Assembly (NCBI GenBank): GCA_951406725.2 | Contig: OX597817.1 | Location: 136,338,001 to 136,402,000 of the forward strand | Origin: Octopus vulgaris | Taxonomy: Eukaryota | Direction of reading: 5' to 3' | Length of the DNA stretch: 64,000 nt | In this document: positions 36,419 to 51,580 of the stretch, in pieces | Position numbering within the stretch: position 1 is the first letter of the stretch | Layout of the letters: the number at the start of each line of letters is the position of its first letter | Notes under the pieces: model-generated | Seen by the model: only the letters and a program-made list of their open reading frames with translations | Told to the model about the DNA's origin: nothing | The model's database searches: none | Position numbers and translations under genes: made by a program

Positions 36419-39400
36419 ATCATCATCATTGTTTAACATCTGCCTTCCATGCAGGCATGGGTTGGACAGTTTGACAGGAGTTGGCCAGGCTACTGTGTCT
36501 GTTTTGGCAGGCTTTTTATGGCTGGATGCCCTTCCAACTGCCAACCACTTTATGGTTTGATCTGGATGCTTTTTACAAGGGACACTGCAATTCAGCTTAC
36601 TCCTTCCTGGAAGCCAATTCTCTCAAAGACTCATTCATACATGTTATTTCATTTGGTTTCTACTGATGGATGCCCTTTCTATCACCAATCCCTTTACAGA
36701 GTGTTCTGAGTGCATTTTCTTATGTCACCAGCATTAGTGATATTAAAAGAGTCCCCAAGTCTTAACTGAAACAACCAAAATGTTCACTAGTAAATATAAG
36801 AAGCACATTACAGGTGAGATTATGTTGCTGAGCGCATGCACACTTTGTCAACAGATCAAACCTTTGGATAATTGTGGTCACCACAGAATGTCTTTATTTG
36901 ATTATTTCACTTCTCTTTTAAACTGTTCGGCAGAATGAGATGCAACAACAAGAAAATAAATTTGCAAATAAAATGATTAAAAAGCATTCAAATTTGTAAA
37001 AAAAAAAAAAGACATCCCAGTAAGGATAATGGATGTGAAACAGTAAAGAAGGAACAGCATTTTATTGAATGCCCATTTTCATTTATTTATGCTTAGCCGT
37101 CTGTATAAAACTGCACAGTTGATTATTGGTCCTTAAAGAGTTAAACATATCATCAGAGAGACAAGCTTATATGAGTAGATCAATATCATTTATTGAACGA
37201 CACAACCAAAGACAGAGCGACATTGCCTGTATGGCCATGGTTATAAATAAAATTTCCTTTCACTCAACAAACACATGCATGTACTCACACACACACACAC
37301 ACGGTGGTGTGAAGGTCCAGGAATGAAATTCTATCTTTGTCTTTTGCATAGTGCAATTCATCAAACATGCAGCTTAGTGGAAGTGGTGGAAACATTATGC
37401 AGTGCAAACAACAATGCAGTGACAGTTGTAGCTGGAACATCTGTGCCCCGTATTTAATGACCACAATCAAGCTTACGTTAAGTGATCACACACTTTAACA
37501 TTACTTATAATAATCTAAACTGATTATTCTGGTGGCGGTGGAGGGAGTTTATTTGGTAGCTACAGATGGTGGAAGCAAAAATGGATATTTTAATGCAAAA
37601 AAAAAAAAAAAGATAACTAACATAAAAGAACAATTTAAGACTTTTTATGCTCGTACTTTCTCATTCTGGCAGAAGTAGAATATTTAATTTTTTCTAAATT
37701 TGAATGTTTGCATACATTCTGACCCAATTTATTTTACGCTCATGTGGTTTGACCCCCATCTATTTTTATGTGTTCCCATATTTTGACATCGATCCTTAAA
37801 ACTAGCTCCCACTGTGCCATATTTCAGGTAGGTATATATAGAAGAAAGAATATGTTTCCTACGTAATCTGATTCAAAACCTTAAATTATAACAACAGACA
37901 GAAGGATTCTAAAATGTTATGAACTGTTTGATGGAACAATGACCAACCATTCAATAATTATTCGGGTTTATAAAATGAGATTTTGGAGTTGTACTGCATG
38001 AAAACACTCAACTCCAGCAGATAACTAAAGTTTTATAGCGATCTGGTGTGTCTGAAAGGTCATAAAAATATCCAGCTGATACCAAAATCCTTTCCTGTAT
38101 GGGAAAACAGACATTAATCTAATAAAAATGTTGGTGTTTACCACAGAGTTTATGCTGTTATGAACATGACACAGAAATTACGAAGAAACTCCTGAGATGA
38201 AATGTTTTAATATATTCACAGTGTTTGATGGTAAATCATTAAAGAAATGGAGAGTAATTACTGGACTGAGATAAACTAAGATTTCCTTCAGTTACTGTCC
38301 TTCGTTAATGAAATGACAATAAATTCAGTTTTCAACTGTGATAGTTTCAGAACAAAATGTCTTGAGAACACAGAACATTCTCTGTTTAATCAATACTGTC
38401 TCCACGTACACTGAAACAAAGATTTCTCATTTAATAAGGAATGATAAAGCAATGACATTCCTTGTTACACCAAAATCCATAATGGAGTTTTTCTTCCTAA
38501 CTATAGCCACTTGACATTGAGATCATCATCCTTTAATGTCTGTTTTCCATGCTGGCATGGGTGGGAAGCTCTGAGACGAGCTGAAAACTAAGAGAACTGC
38601 ACCAAGCTACAATCTCTGCTTTGACACAGTTTCCATGGCTATTGACCTTCCAAATACCAACTGCTTCACTGGCATGAGTGAGGTCATCAACTAATTCAGA
38701 AGACAAGACCCTTCAACTGAGCAGGATGTAGTATTGTGAGAGGTGGCTTTATGCCAGGTGTTGAGAGGCTAAAGTATGACAAAGAGAGACAGAAAAGGTG
38801 TCTGGCAGCAGAGGAAATATATGGCTACCCCAGTTGGAAAAGGAGAGATGGTGGTGATGAGGTGTCAGCTTGTACCTTCAAGTTACAAGAAGGTGAACAT
38901 AAGAGAAGCAGACCATGAGGAATGGATAGGGTGAATGGGGAGGTATGTTTGTGAGAGTGTGAAAGGAGAGTAGCAGATGGATATAGAGGTGGATGCAGTG
39001 AATGGTAAGCAGAGGTGAAAGTGTGGTCAATGGTGAATATCAATTTAAGAAGAGGCAATTGGAGGCAGCACAGGTAACATGGAGTGTGGGTGGTGTGTGT
39101 GAGATGTACAGAGGAGGAGGTTGTGATGGTGTGTGATGCATATGAAGGATGACTGTTGGATAAGGAAATGTTGATTACCCAAGTTAATGGAAGCTGCAAA
39201 TAAGGGAGACTTGGAACAGAGGCGAAAGCTGATCTGAAGGTGGTACATTTCATGCAGGAGATGAGAAAAAATCATACTTATTGGCAATACATAGTGCTAC
39301 AGATGACCAATCCACTTGTGACAAAACATATCCTGACACAAAAGCAACTTTGTTGTCCATCCTTTCAGGGTCAAATCTTACAGACGTTTTCTGCAATTCC

Positions 39401-39464
39401 TTATGACATAAAGTAGTTTGATATCAGAGGTTGAACATAAAAATAATTCTAGAAATTTCTTTAT

Positions 39465-39900
39465 ATCATCGTCATCATTTAATGTCTGTTGTCTATGCTG
39501 GCATGGGTTGGATGGTTTGTCCAAGGCTAGCAAGCTGAGGGACTGCACCAGGTTCCAATCTGATTTGGCATGGTTTCTATGGCTGGATGCCCTTCCTAAC
39601 ACCAACCACTTCGAGAGTGTAATGGGTGCTTTTATGTGCCACCTGTTTAGGTGCCAGTTGTGTGACACCAGTATCAGTCACAACTATGATTTCACTTGGC
39701 TTGATGGATCTTCCTTCTCCAGCACAGTTTATTGCCAAAGGTCTTGGTAATCTGTCATTGTCTCTGAGAGGCCCAGCACTTGAAAGGTGCTTTTCATATG
39801 CCATTGGCATGGTTGCTAGTTCTGCAACACCAGCATCGGCCACATTGCCTCCATGAGACCCAACGCTCGGAAAGTACTTTTTACATACCACCGGCATGGG
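39465..39900 (-). mobile_element. RTE-LINE 3'UTR copy
   Basis: Family core. Confidence 0.8.
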
Positions 39901-41489
39901 TTGATCGAAAGAAATTACAAGATCAGCAATATCGTAAAATTTAGAGACAAGAAATAAAATATTGAAAGTGAAAACGATTTTCATTTTGTAAAGTTCCAAA
40001 TGTTTCGATGCAAAAATATTATTTTGTGCAGCTGTACATGGTAACAGGGCACTGAGCCAAAGCAAGTGATTTACTATATCTAGTTAGATGTTTCAAAGTT
40101 GTTCATTCAAACAACACCAAAATATCAGAAGATATGTATTAAACAATATGACAAATTCATGGTAAAATGTTACTTTTCAAGTTTCATTCTTCTATTGATT
40201 TGATCCAAGTACAACTTTAGAAATTCAAGCACTTAAAAACTTGCAGTTTTCTTAGAAAATTCTTAACCTAAATATTTGTAAACTTTATTCTTAATAGTTT
40301 AGAGTCTTAGTAATCCAATATTTACTCAGATAACATAATTTTTCAAATAATATCAACATTTTAGCTACAAAATGCTTTCTTCACAGCAAAGAAACAACAG
40401 AAGTTACAGGAGACAGTGGAAATTCTATATATCAATCTTCTTGTACAAGAAAAATCCTCTCATGTCTTTTAGTTCTTTAACAGATCTTAAAAATGTACAG
40501 AAAAGTCTACATCTGTAAAAAGAAGCTGAATGTTCAGAGCAAAAACTGAAATATAGATGTAATGAAATCTGATTTTTCTTCTCAAACATAGCTGGTAATT
40601 ATTTTTTACCCTATTCAAATATCATTGACATAAATGGTTATGGAAAACAACAGGGCAAAATAATGTTGATCATCCAGAGTACCATATCTTAGATGTCTAC
40701 AGAACAATGTCTTAAGACCAGCTGTTAAATTTACAGTGATAAACAGATTCAGTGTAATTGATGGTACAGACAGACCTCCCTTCTCCCCAGACAACAGTAG
40801 TTTACACTGAAATACAAACAAGCTATACATTTACTTTCAATGTGCAGTGTTAAATTACTTAGCCAGGTGTTACAGGCGTCTTGAAGTGACTTCAGAGGTA
40901 TACAGTGTAGGAAATTACAACAACAACAAGAATACATATTAGAAATGAAGTTCTAAGAGAGTTCTAGAAATATTTAATCGAAGACGTATCAAGAAGTAGA
41001 GTATTTTTACAATTGGCAGCCAACAGCAATTTTCATACACCTTTCAACAGTTTCTATCTCATAATCTCTGCAAACTGCTTTTGTTTCCAAATAGTCAAAT
41101 GTATTAAAATTCATTCCTTTATACACATACATACATATATATACAGATATAAAGTATGTGTGTGAGCTGTGGTTAATGCTATGATGGACCATGAAGTCTG
41201 GCTTAACATAGTAAATTCCATTGTCTCGACCATGGTTGAACAATGATGATGATGATGATGTGGTTAACATGAATAACCCCTTTCCTTTCATCATATTTCT
41301 GTGAAAATACACAACCTATGTTGCAATAAATTTTGAAAATACTGAAGAATTTACTAAAAACATGAATCAATTTGGAATTTTGAAGGTTTTAATTTAATGC
41401 ACTTTAAAACAAGAAATTTGTATCATGGAATCTGGGTGGTCTTGGGAATTTTGGTATCAAAATGGCTAAAGTCAGTACTAAAATATATC

Positions 41490-41845
41490 TCATCTGTTAT
41501 CTTTCCCTAGTTTCAATTCTTGGACTGCAGCCATGCTGGAGCACTGCCTTGACAGACTGAGTTGAACAAATCAACCCCAGAATTTATTTTTTCAAGTCTC
41601 TTTCTCTCTCTTTTACTGAACCATTAGGTTATGGGGACATAAACAAACCAATGCTGCTGGGAGACAAAAACATTGCAAAGACACATACATAAATACACAA
41701 CACACATATACATACATATTAAGTGTCTTCCAAATCCACTCACAAGGCTTTGGTCAGCATGAGGCTATAGTAGAAGACACATGCCCAAGGTGCCATGCAG
41801 TGGAAGTGAACCTGAAACCATGTGGTTAGGAAGTTCCATACAGCA
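41490..41845 (-). mobile_element. Decayed CORE-like SINE
   Basis: tgcccaaggtgccatgcagtgg...aaccatgtggtt. Confidence 0.75.
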
Positions 41846-42011
41846 ATTAGACTCAATACTAATGGCCCATAGAGTAGACATGATTCTACTATACATATTT
41901 TCAATAACTGTAGTACAGGTTATAGTATAGGTCTACCTCTATACATCTATACCTGACTCTACACTATAAATGTGTACTGAGCACTTTCGTATCAACTGCA
42001 TCAAATATATA

Positions 42012-42340
42012 TATATTATATTAAATTAGAGATAAAACCACTATTAGGCAAATTGAAATATTTATCTTAGCGAGGTTTAGCAATGAACTCATTGCTAAAC
42101 CTCGCTAAGATAAATATTTCAATTACCTGAAGATTGACTGTAACCATAACTCGAATTATTACAAATTGGACAGCCATGAAACGATCGTAGTGTTTTACTC
42201 ATTATCTTTTATTAAACTTTTAATACTTTTGATATATATTTAAAATAATATAAATTAATTAATTTTATGTATTGGCTTAAGTTTTTCATTGTTTGATTTG
42301 CCTAATAGTGGTTTTATCTCTAATTTAATATAATATATTT
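42012..42340. mobile_element. Fold-back PLE-type element with hammerhead motif
   Basis: Outer IR 42013-42054 / 42293-42338, perfect 36-bp inner hairpin at 42051-42124, and CTGAAGA...GAAAC-GATC-GTA at 42127-42189. Confidence 0.75.
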
Positions 42341-42409
42341 TACTATAAAATTGGATTTAATCCTAAATCTGATTTGTCCCTGTAAGTTTGGATTTATTCC
42401 CTAATATTT

Positions 42410-42465
<56 letters not shown>

Positions 42466-42482
42466 ATATTTACCACATAATA

Positions 42483-42935
42483 GCTGCAAGCATGGCAGTG
42501 TTGATAAAAGGTTTGCTTCTCGACCAGGTGGTCCTGGGTTCAGTTCTCTTATGAAGCACCTTCAGCAAAATCTTCTTTTTTACTAAAGCATCGGGTTAAT
42601 CAAAGTTTTATGAGTGGATTTATTAGATGGAAACTTAAAGAAGCCTGTCATATGCGTATATGTGTGTGTGTGTTTGTGTTTCCTTATCTTGACATCACAC
42701 AACAGTTGCCATTGAGCATCAGCATCATATGAACTGTGTTATTAATTTCCAGTCTTATGTAGAAACGTGTCTGGCCATGGGGAAATATTACCTTGCTTTG
42801 AAACAGGTGAGCATTGGTGACAGGAAGAGCACCCTGACATAAAAACAAAAAAACTGCTTCAATGAATTTTGCCTGACATATGCAAGCATAGAAAAGTAGA
42901 TATTAAGCTGTTGCTGCAGATGGTGATGGTGATGA
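42483..42935 (+). mobile_element. SINE with CORE-like head and RTE-like tail
   Basis: ggttcagttc B box; tail ggtgacaggaagagcacc...gcatagaaaagtaga followed by a (GAT)-like end. Confidence 0.6.
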
Positions 42936-44580
42936 CAACTCTCCTCAATAATCAGGCACTTGTAATGAATATAAACCAAATCTCTGACCATTTTTATTTC
43001 CCTACCTTGCTGACCAACGAAATACTATGATGATTTTATAGCTGTATATATACTTGCACTGACACAGACACATACACATGGAGAGTATGTAAAAGGTACA
43101 TTCCTTGCACAATACTTGGAATATTTCCTTAAAAAGTTCACATTGACATCAAAAACTGTAGATTGGAGGTGATGACGAGGGACTGAGTCTTGTAGCGATT
43201 TGCTGTGCTTGAGAGGACATGTCCAGCTAAGCAAAACCATGGCCATCCACACATACAGGCATGTCTTTTATGGCCATAACCCCACCCTCTCTACTCCCTT
43301 GTCCTTACTGGGGTAGCCAAGTATCTTCTCTGATGGGTCCAAGGGTGCTGGTGACACATAAAAAGCATCTGTGATGGTGCCATGTAAAAAGAAAAGCATC
43401 CATGTCAATGTCATGCATACAAGCACCCAGTACAAGGTGCAGTCCTCCAGCCTGGCCAGCTCCTGTCAAACCGTCTAACCCATGCCAGTAAATAATTGAA
43501 ATTTCCCATCCAGAAGTGTAAGCATTGTCACTGCTGTTTAGTCCCAGGTCAACCCTAATTAAACAGAGATATTTAAGTCATGAACACCTCATCTCCTCTG
43601 ACAGGTAGGACTGCATTCTCTGATGTCTGTGTTTTTTTTTGTTTTTTTTTAAAGCTGGTTATGTGAGATTCTGCTGTTATTTCTAGTAACAGAGTAAAAA
43701 TAAAATAGCTCAAGATGTCAGCCAATTTTAAAATGGAACATGACAAAACTGAAATAAAATAGTAAAGAGAAATAGTTGCTGAAAACTTTTGTTATTTCTT
43801 TTATTCCTCTCCCCCTCCCTCCCCCCCACACACACACAAAAAAAAAAAACACAAGACAATTTCTGGCAGATCTCTGGTTTGCTATACATTAGCAGCAGTA
43901 AACTGCCAAAGTAGCAGCAAATTTATATAGCTGATCTTAGAGAACAGTCACAGAGAAATAAATCAGTGTTCAGGGTCAGAAGGAAAAAGGTACATCTATG
44001 AGACAGCGTAAATGGATGTAGAATCAGGAGTCTTAACAAGACATGAATACTGGAGTTCAAGGAAACTAGCATTGGTCTGCTGCTTAGCATGGTTCAATTC
44101 CCTAGAAGACAAAATGTGTGTGAGATATACTAAGCAGAGATAAATCAAACTTACTGAAGTGTTTGAACCTGTTCGAAAGGACAATATATCTCTTTCAAAG
44201 CACAGCAACATACTTCATGTTTTGATTTTTATAGAAACACAATCTTAATTCTAAAAACACTTTTCTTAAGGCTTACTAAAATCTATGGCCTATTTGAATT
44301 TCAAATAGGTTAATTATATTTTTTTATTCAATGGAATTAAAACTGAAAGCTCTGTAGAAAGCTTATGCCAGATGTGTAAGTTATGGAAAGTACATACTAC
44401 ATGCTTTAGCTTCTCTCAATAATGTTCTCATGTAATTATTTTATAGAAGAGGGTATGTTTTTGAATTGAGGTACTTCTCTTATGTTGGTCTTGTGTGTGT
44501 GTGTGTGTGTGTGCGTAATTACTTTTATTAGGTTTACTGTTTCATGTTAATTAATGATGTTAACTTAACATCCCACTTTG

Positions 44581-44612
<32 letters not shown>

Positions 44613-44770
44613 TGATTGTGTGGTGGCATGGTTAAGAAGTTTGCTTTCTAACCATGTGGACTTGGGTTCAGTCCCAGTGTGTGGCACCTTAAACACATGT
44701 CTTCTATTACAGTCCCAGGCCAACTAAAACCTTATGAGTGAAAACTCATTTCTATATATTCATGAATATA

Positions 44771-45992
44771 CAGGGGGCATAGGGTATTTGGGGACATACC
44801 TTTTTTGGGTCATTGCGGCATTTTTGCTAACACTGTATAATCTTTGTTTCAGAAAATAATAATGGCAGACTCTCAGCTTCTTCAAGAAATGAATATGCAT
44901 GCTGTTATTGTAGTTATAAAGGCTGAGCATAGTGATTTAGAAATATCTCGATTTTTAAAAGTTGCCAGATCTTTTGTCTCCAAAGTTTGTTAAGGAGCTA
45001 AAGACTGAAAATGGAAATTTGTGACCAGTATCAAAGCATAAAAAGCTTTCTAAGTACTCTGAAATCGTCAGAACATCTGAATTTATCCAGCAAGTTCAGC
45101 AGATCATTGATTACAGTCCCAGAAAGTCCATGAAGTCAATTGCAAAAGATCTCAATGTGTCAGAAGGAACAGTCAAAAATGTTGTCCATGAAGACATCAG
45201 ATATAAGTTTTATATGATAAGGAAAGGTTAATTTGTCAGAAAAAGCAAAAGAAAATCATTACATCAAATTTAAAAGGCTCTTAAACAAACTGAAAAATCC
45301 AGCAGAAAATTTGATTTGGTTTTTCTCAAGCAAGAAAAACTTTGACCAAGTTCAAAAAGTTCACAAAAGAAATGATAGATGGTTATGTGCAGACCCTGCA
45401 GAAGTTCAAAGTGTTATGCTTTCAAAATTTCCTGCAAATGTCATGGTTTTAGGGGTTGTCAGCAATGAAGGACATGTGATGCATCCTTACTTCTTTCTGC
45501 CACCTATATTGAGGTCCTGGAAACAATTGTTAAGCCCTGAATAGACAGTGTATGCAATGGAAGGCCACATGTGTTTCACTAAGACTCTGCACTATCATAC
45601 ATGGTTCTAGTAACACAGGAATGGATGGCTGAAAATTTTCTTGATCACATAACCCCTAACACTTGGCCTCTTAATTTCCCAGATCCATTGGATTATAACA
45701 TGTGGAGCATTGTTGAGCGAGAGGTCAATGAACATGCACATAATGCCAAAGATACTTTGAAAGCTGCCATAGTTAGAGTAATGTCCAAAATGGACCAGGA
45801 CCACTTGATTTGAGCATGTAGATGATTTAGATCTCATATAGAAGCAGTTGTTGAAGCTGAAGGTGGCTTTATTAAGTAACATTATAGAAAAGAAGGTTTA
45901 TTTTTATCATCACAGCATTTTTTTATAAACAAAGTCATTATCTGTTACTATATATGTTATTATATATGTCCTCAAATATCTTATGCACCCTG
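44771..45992 (+). mobile_element. Full-length decayed DD37D mariner
   Basis: 28-bp TIRs caggg(g/t)gcata..tatttg.ggacata with TA flanks. WFFS.KKNF, VMVLGVVSNEG and PDPLDYNMW motifs, with multiple stops. Confidence 0.93.
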
Positions 45993-46407
45993 TATATGTG
46001 TGTGTGTGTGTGCATCATCATCATCATACAAGTGATGTTGTTCATGTTCCAGCTCTCCATTTCTAGGATGGCCACAGGAAAATATTACTGTGCTTAGAAA
46101 TAGATGAGGGGTGGGGACAGGAAAGGCATCCAGCTGCAGAAAATCGACTTCAACAAACTTTGACCCATACAAACATGGAAAAGTGGATATCAAGTCTTGA
46201 AAAAATATGTATATATTGTGCCAGTGCCATGTTAAAAGCATCCAACACACAGAGCAAAGTTGTTGGCATTAGGAAGAACATCCGAAACATAGAAACCAAG
46301 TCAACTCAGAATAGAACCTAGTGCCGCTCTCCAGCTTAGGTCAAATCATCCCATCTATGCCAGAATGGAAAATGGATGTTAAAAGACAATGATGATGATG
46401 ATGTATG

Positions 46408-46451
<44 letters not shown>

Positions 46452-46621
46452 CATACACACACATACATGCACACACACACACATCAAAAGGCGAGTGCTA
46501 GATATGCACAGTTTGAAAAACATCTAGTAGTGCTCAAATAATTTAAGCTTAAATTCCAAATTCTTATTCCAGGACTTGGTATTCTGTATTTTTTATACTC
46601 TATGTAAACATATTTGTATAA

Positions 46622-46671
<50 letters not shown>

Positions 46672-49600
46672 CTACCTCTTGAATATATGTAGTTATATAC
46701 ATCTATATATATCTACACATACATGTATATATGTTTATGTATACCAAACCTAATTGTGTTTAATCTACATCTCTCTCTCTCTCTCCCTTGATAAATATAT
46801 ATATATACCATATATGTCCACCGGTGTCTATGTGGTCTAGTGCTTGTTCATTGGTTAACATTTTTACAAGACTCAGGGTCCTGGGATCAGCCTTCACTAC
46901 GTCATCTCATATCTTCCAGGGTCTTCCTATTCCACAAGCTCCATCAACATTAAATAATCAACACACACACACACAGAGCTAGATATGAACCAATTAAAAT
47001 ATTACATATTCTTTAAACATATAAAGTATCAAAAGTATATACGTTGACTAAACATATTTTATTAGCTAAGGTAAGTGGTATTGTCTCCTGCATTAATTTC
47101 TTTTCGCTATTTCCTTCGTTCTGAATGGTAGCAGCTTATTCTAATATATCTCAATACATTAATCTCTCTATCAATGAAGCTCTCTCTATCTCTTTTATCT
47201 GTGTACATGCTGATGCCAGCTCTATTCCTGTATTTTAGTAGCAACAAGACCTCTCCATGTATGTATGTCACATTAAAGCCATATACATGTTTACTTGCAT
47301 AACCAGAATATTTATATCTCTCTATTCTAAACCAGACTGACCGTTTCTCTATAACGTTGGTTTCTCTCTGAATTTCCACCCTTACAGCTCCCTCTCTCCC
47401 CTAATATCATAATGGTACTCTTCACATTCCAATACAGCTATTATTTGGCCAAGGTGAATTGCATGGCATGCTGTGTGGCTGGAACAATCTTTCCTTTTTC
47501 ACTTTCTTTTTCTGTCATTCTGACCAGCCAAAAGTTTACTCGATCACGTCTCTCAGCCAAATATTAACGTTGCATTCTGTCTATTTCCACACTGTAAACT
47601 ATGCAGCTACCATGTTGTTGTGATATTCAGAGCTAAACAAAAGACCAGGAAGGAGTGGAAGAAAGTACACAGCAAAGTGCAATGTCCACAAGTGTAATGT
47701 TTATCTAGCCTGAAAAGAAGAAGCTGGGGCTAGTAAATTTGCTAAGTTTCTGTGTTATGAGGCATGAAATATTCCTAATTGTATAGCAACTGATTTATAT
47801 GATTACGGACATTATTGCAGAAAACCATATCTGAAACAACATTATACATAAGCCCTAAGTGACAGGGAAATGGAAAAGGTATAGAAGGGGTTTTTTGGAG
47901 GAGAAATATGAGTGGAGAAATGAAAACAGACACCAAGTGAAACCAATAGATTGGGGCCAACTACTTGGTATGGTTAGTAAGGCGATGAGACAATTAGAGA
48001 GATGAAGGCAAGGTAAATTGCTGAGGGGCAACAATCAGGTTATGTAGATTACTTAATCAGGTGGTGCAGTTAGGTTTTATTGCAATGACTGGCAGAGCAA
48101 GATTCTCAAAAACTACTCCAGATTCAAAAAAAATTTTGCTGAGATGGGGAATTATAGATGTTTGAAACTAGGGGTTCATGGCATAAAAATAACTAAAGAG
48201 AGTCTTAATAAAATTAGTAAAGAATGGATTTGCTGCAACTATGCAAAATCAATTTCAAGGTTGCAGGTGTACAGCAGTAATTCGACACACCAAAACCCAC
48301 CTTGTTATTATTATACACCCACATCAAACACCCACATCAAACCGAACCACCATTTATTGTCATCAGACAGAATCAAGAAAAGAATAAACCTGTTATGATC
48401 AGGAAAAGCCAATGGTACAAAAACTGTGCCACTGAGATGTGTATTGAAACATTGGCATATGGCTGCTACTCTAAGAAAATAAAGTAGGCATCAATCATAT
48501 AAATGAAATAATACAGTGGTACAACACATCTTACAACACCAACATAAAGACACTGTGGTGAAATAATAATTACCTCATCAGAACACAGATCCCACACTTT
48601 ACGTTCAACTTGAACAAAATAAAGATGAATAATGCAATTGCTGTAGTATAGAGGTCTGCTCTCTGGAATTAAGATACTTATCTACTGCTCTGATGACACT
48701 TCCAACAACAACTCAACTTGTTACAGAGAACACATTTAAAACCTACTTGCACCAACAGAACAACTTATTTTTCCCCCATTACCCCTCAAAAAAAAAAAAA
48801 AAACCCAAAAAGACAGCAAAATTAATTTGGAAACCAAAAGATATAGGAATGAACCAGAACATCAAATGGGCATTTGAGCCCAGAACCATATTCAATGTGC
48901 AGCATTCTTTTTAACCATATGACCATGCCTGTATCCATCAGTTTTGCAAGAAGGATTTGTGAAGAGGAACATGGCCAGAGTTATTGGTTTTTATGGCTTT
49001 CTCCTTCTAATGATTCTAAGAAATTCTGATATTTGTTAATGCCCATCCCATCTTATTTTGGGGCATAATGCACAGAACTACATTATTTAGAAACGCTTGC
49101 TTGAGCTGGTAGTGGTGATATTAAGTGGAGATTTACTAGCTATTTCTAGCATGTTCACCCACTGCATTGAGACTACTTAGTTGGTTGTAAGTGTATGTTT
49201 AGTTATTTTGCTTTCTTGGATGTTAGATTAGTGAAGCAGCTTACAACCCATGGTAGTATTTAGTGGACTATTGTTACACAATTGTTTCTGAAGAATGCTG
49301 TTACAGTTCTTGCAATTGTTAAAAGTTTGATAAAATTAAATTTCTGAGATAATCTGAAGTAGATTATATAGCGGAACACTCCTTCTTTCTAAGATTTAGA
49401 TTGTGACTTGAACCTCACTTTTTCTGCCATAAAAAGGTTTGGCGTGAATGGATGTTGGTCACTGCAGGACTTTCAGTTTTGATCTCTTATTTTCTTGTTG
49501 ATATCCAGTTTTAAGAGAAGAACTTGGACTTCAAATCTGTTGTTAGAGCAACTTGTTTGAATATCGTAGACGATGGATCTTGTTTTCACCATTTCTAGGA

Positions 49601-50649
49601 AGCAAGATGCACAATCATATTCTACAAGACACTTTATACATTCTGGGAGAATGAAAATGACAAAGAATTCAAACCTATTTTATGTTTTTCCATCACCCAA
49701 AACAAAACTGCCATATTCTGCACAAAAGTATAAAATGTCTATAAATTGGAACACCCCAGAATAAGTTCCAAATTTTAGATTTAAATATTCCAATCAACTT
49801 TTAAGAACAAATCATTTCTTATCTTCTGTTCTAAGTGAAATATGCTTTCAAAGGTGAGAGAAAAAATTTATAAAATAGGAAATAAATATCAGCTGAGAAA
49901 CACCATATTTTATGGCTTCAATTATCTTTTTCCTCTCTTTCTTTCTTTCTTTTTTTTTTTTAATTTTCTTATCCCAGAAAAAGTTGAGGAACCGAATAAT
50001 GATGAAATCAATGACTGATCAAATCAACTTTGATATTTCATATAATTGTTTTGTGAAAATATATTATTGAAAGATCTCTGGTAGAACTTTTTGAAGAAAT
50101 TCATATGAGCTGACATTTAGAATGATTTTTAGTTTATAAATAGATATAATTGAGGAGTCAAATAAGTAGCCATTATGGTTAAAAACCCTCTCATTGCCGA
50201 CTGTTAGGTATGAGTGTGCGTGTGTGCAATCTGCATGAACTAAGAACAGAGTGCAGCAGTTACTATATGCAGATGTAATATCTTCAGTTGTCGTTATCCA
50301 CAACATCTCGATCGAATGTCAGCTTAATTGTACTGTAATACTTCTAATGTATGTGGAATATATTACTATGAACATGTAACGAATGTATAATAATATACAT
50401 GTGGATGCATTCAATTTTATGTTCACAAACACATAGTGTGTGTATGTGTTTATATATAGGAGATAGCTAATACAAAGCATGCATAAGTACTGATGGATTA
50501 GCTATGTAAGGAAATATGTAATGTGTGAGTCTGTGTGTGTACATATCTGTATATGGATATGTACATAATGTTTATAACTGGATGCGAGTTAATTACGTAT
50601 GAAAAATATGCATAAATGTTTTTAGGTATCAGACATAGTTTATTATATA

Positions 50650-50897
50650 TGACACATAAAAAGCACCATTTCAGTGTGGTCGATGCAAGTGCCACCTGAC
50701 TGGCTCCCATGCTGGTGGCACACAAAAAGCATCCACTACACTCTCGGAGTGGCTGGCATTAGGAAAGGCATCCAATTGTAGAAACCATACAAAATCAGAT
50801 TGGAGCCTGGTGCAGCCTCCCATCCGGCCAGTTCTCAGTCAAACCGTCCAACACATGCTAGCAAGGAAAGTGGATGATAAACAGCAATGATGATAAT
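50650..50897 (+). mobile_element. RTE-LINE 3'UTR copy
   Basis: Family core and GAT tail. Confidence 0.8.
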
Positions 50898-51030
50898 GTG
50901 TGTGTGTGTGTACATTAGTTATAGGATTCACTGAAATATAGGCACATCAACACTTAGAACACCAGAAATGGCTAGGTACAATAACATAGGGTTCACACTA
51001 AGGCAAAACAACCATGAAGGAATTGTGTGT

Positions 51031-51472
51031 TGGCAATGAGCTGGCAGAAACATTAGCATGCTGGGTGAAATGCGTAGTCGTATTTTGTCTGCCGTTACGT
51101 TCTGGGTTGAAATTCCGCCGAGGTCGACTTTGACTTTCATCCATTTGGGGTTGATAAATTAAGTACCAGTTATGCACTGGGGTCGATGTAATTGTTTGTC
51201 CCCTCTGTGTTTAGCTCCTTGTGGGTGGTAAAGAAATTTATTATTATTATTATTCAAGTCACTGCTTGGGTAGTAAAGAAATAGGTATTTTGTCTGCTGT
51301 TACGTTCGGAGTTCAAATTCCGCTGAGGTCAACTTTGTCTTTCATCCTTTCGAGGTCAATAAATTAAGTACCAGTTATGCACTGGGGTCAATGTAATCGA
51401 CTTAATCCATCTGTCTGTCCTTGTTTGTCCTCTCTGTGTTTATCCCCTTGTGGGTAGTAAAGAAATAGGTAT
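51031..51472 (+). mobile_element. Two tandem Meta/Nin-like SINE copies
   Basis: The tttcatcc...gat/caataaattaagtaccagtt domain occurs twice. Confidence 0.85.
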
Positions 51473-51580
51473 TGTGTGTTGGTAGGGCACTCTAGATATG
51501 TAAGTACCAAACCCAATTTAAACTGTAGATCTGATTCAGGGTTGGTTTTAGGTGCAGTGTAGGTAAAAAAAACCCCCACA

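Noticed and set aside
44051-44168. 14-nt plus 51-nt exon pair (VQTLQELNHAKQQTNASFLEL)
   Set aside because: It would need a ~53-nt intron and a weak donor, and nothing else supports it.
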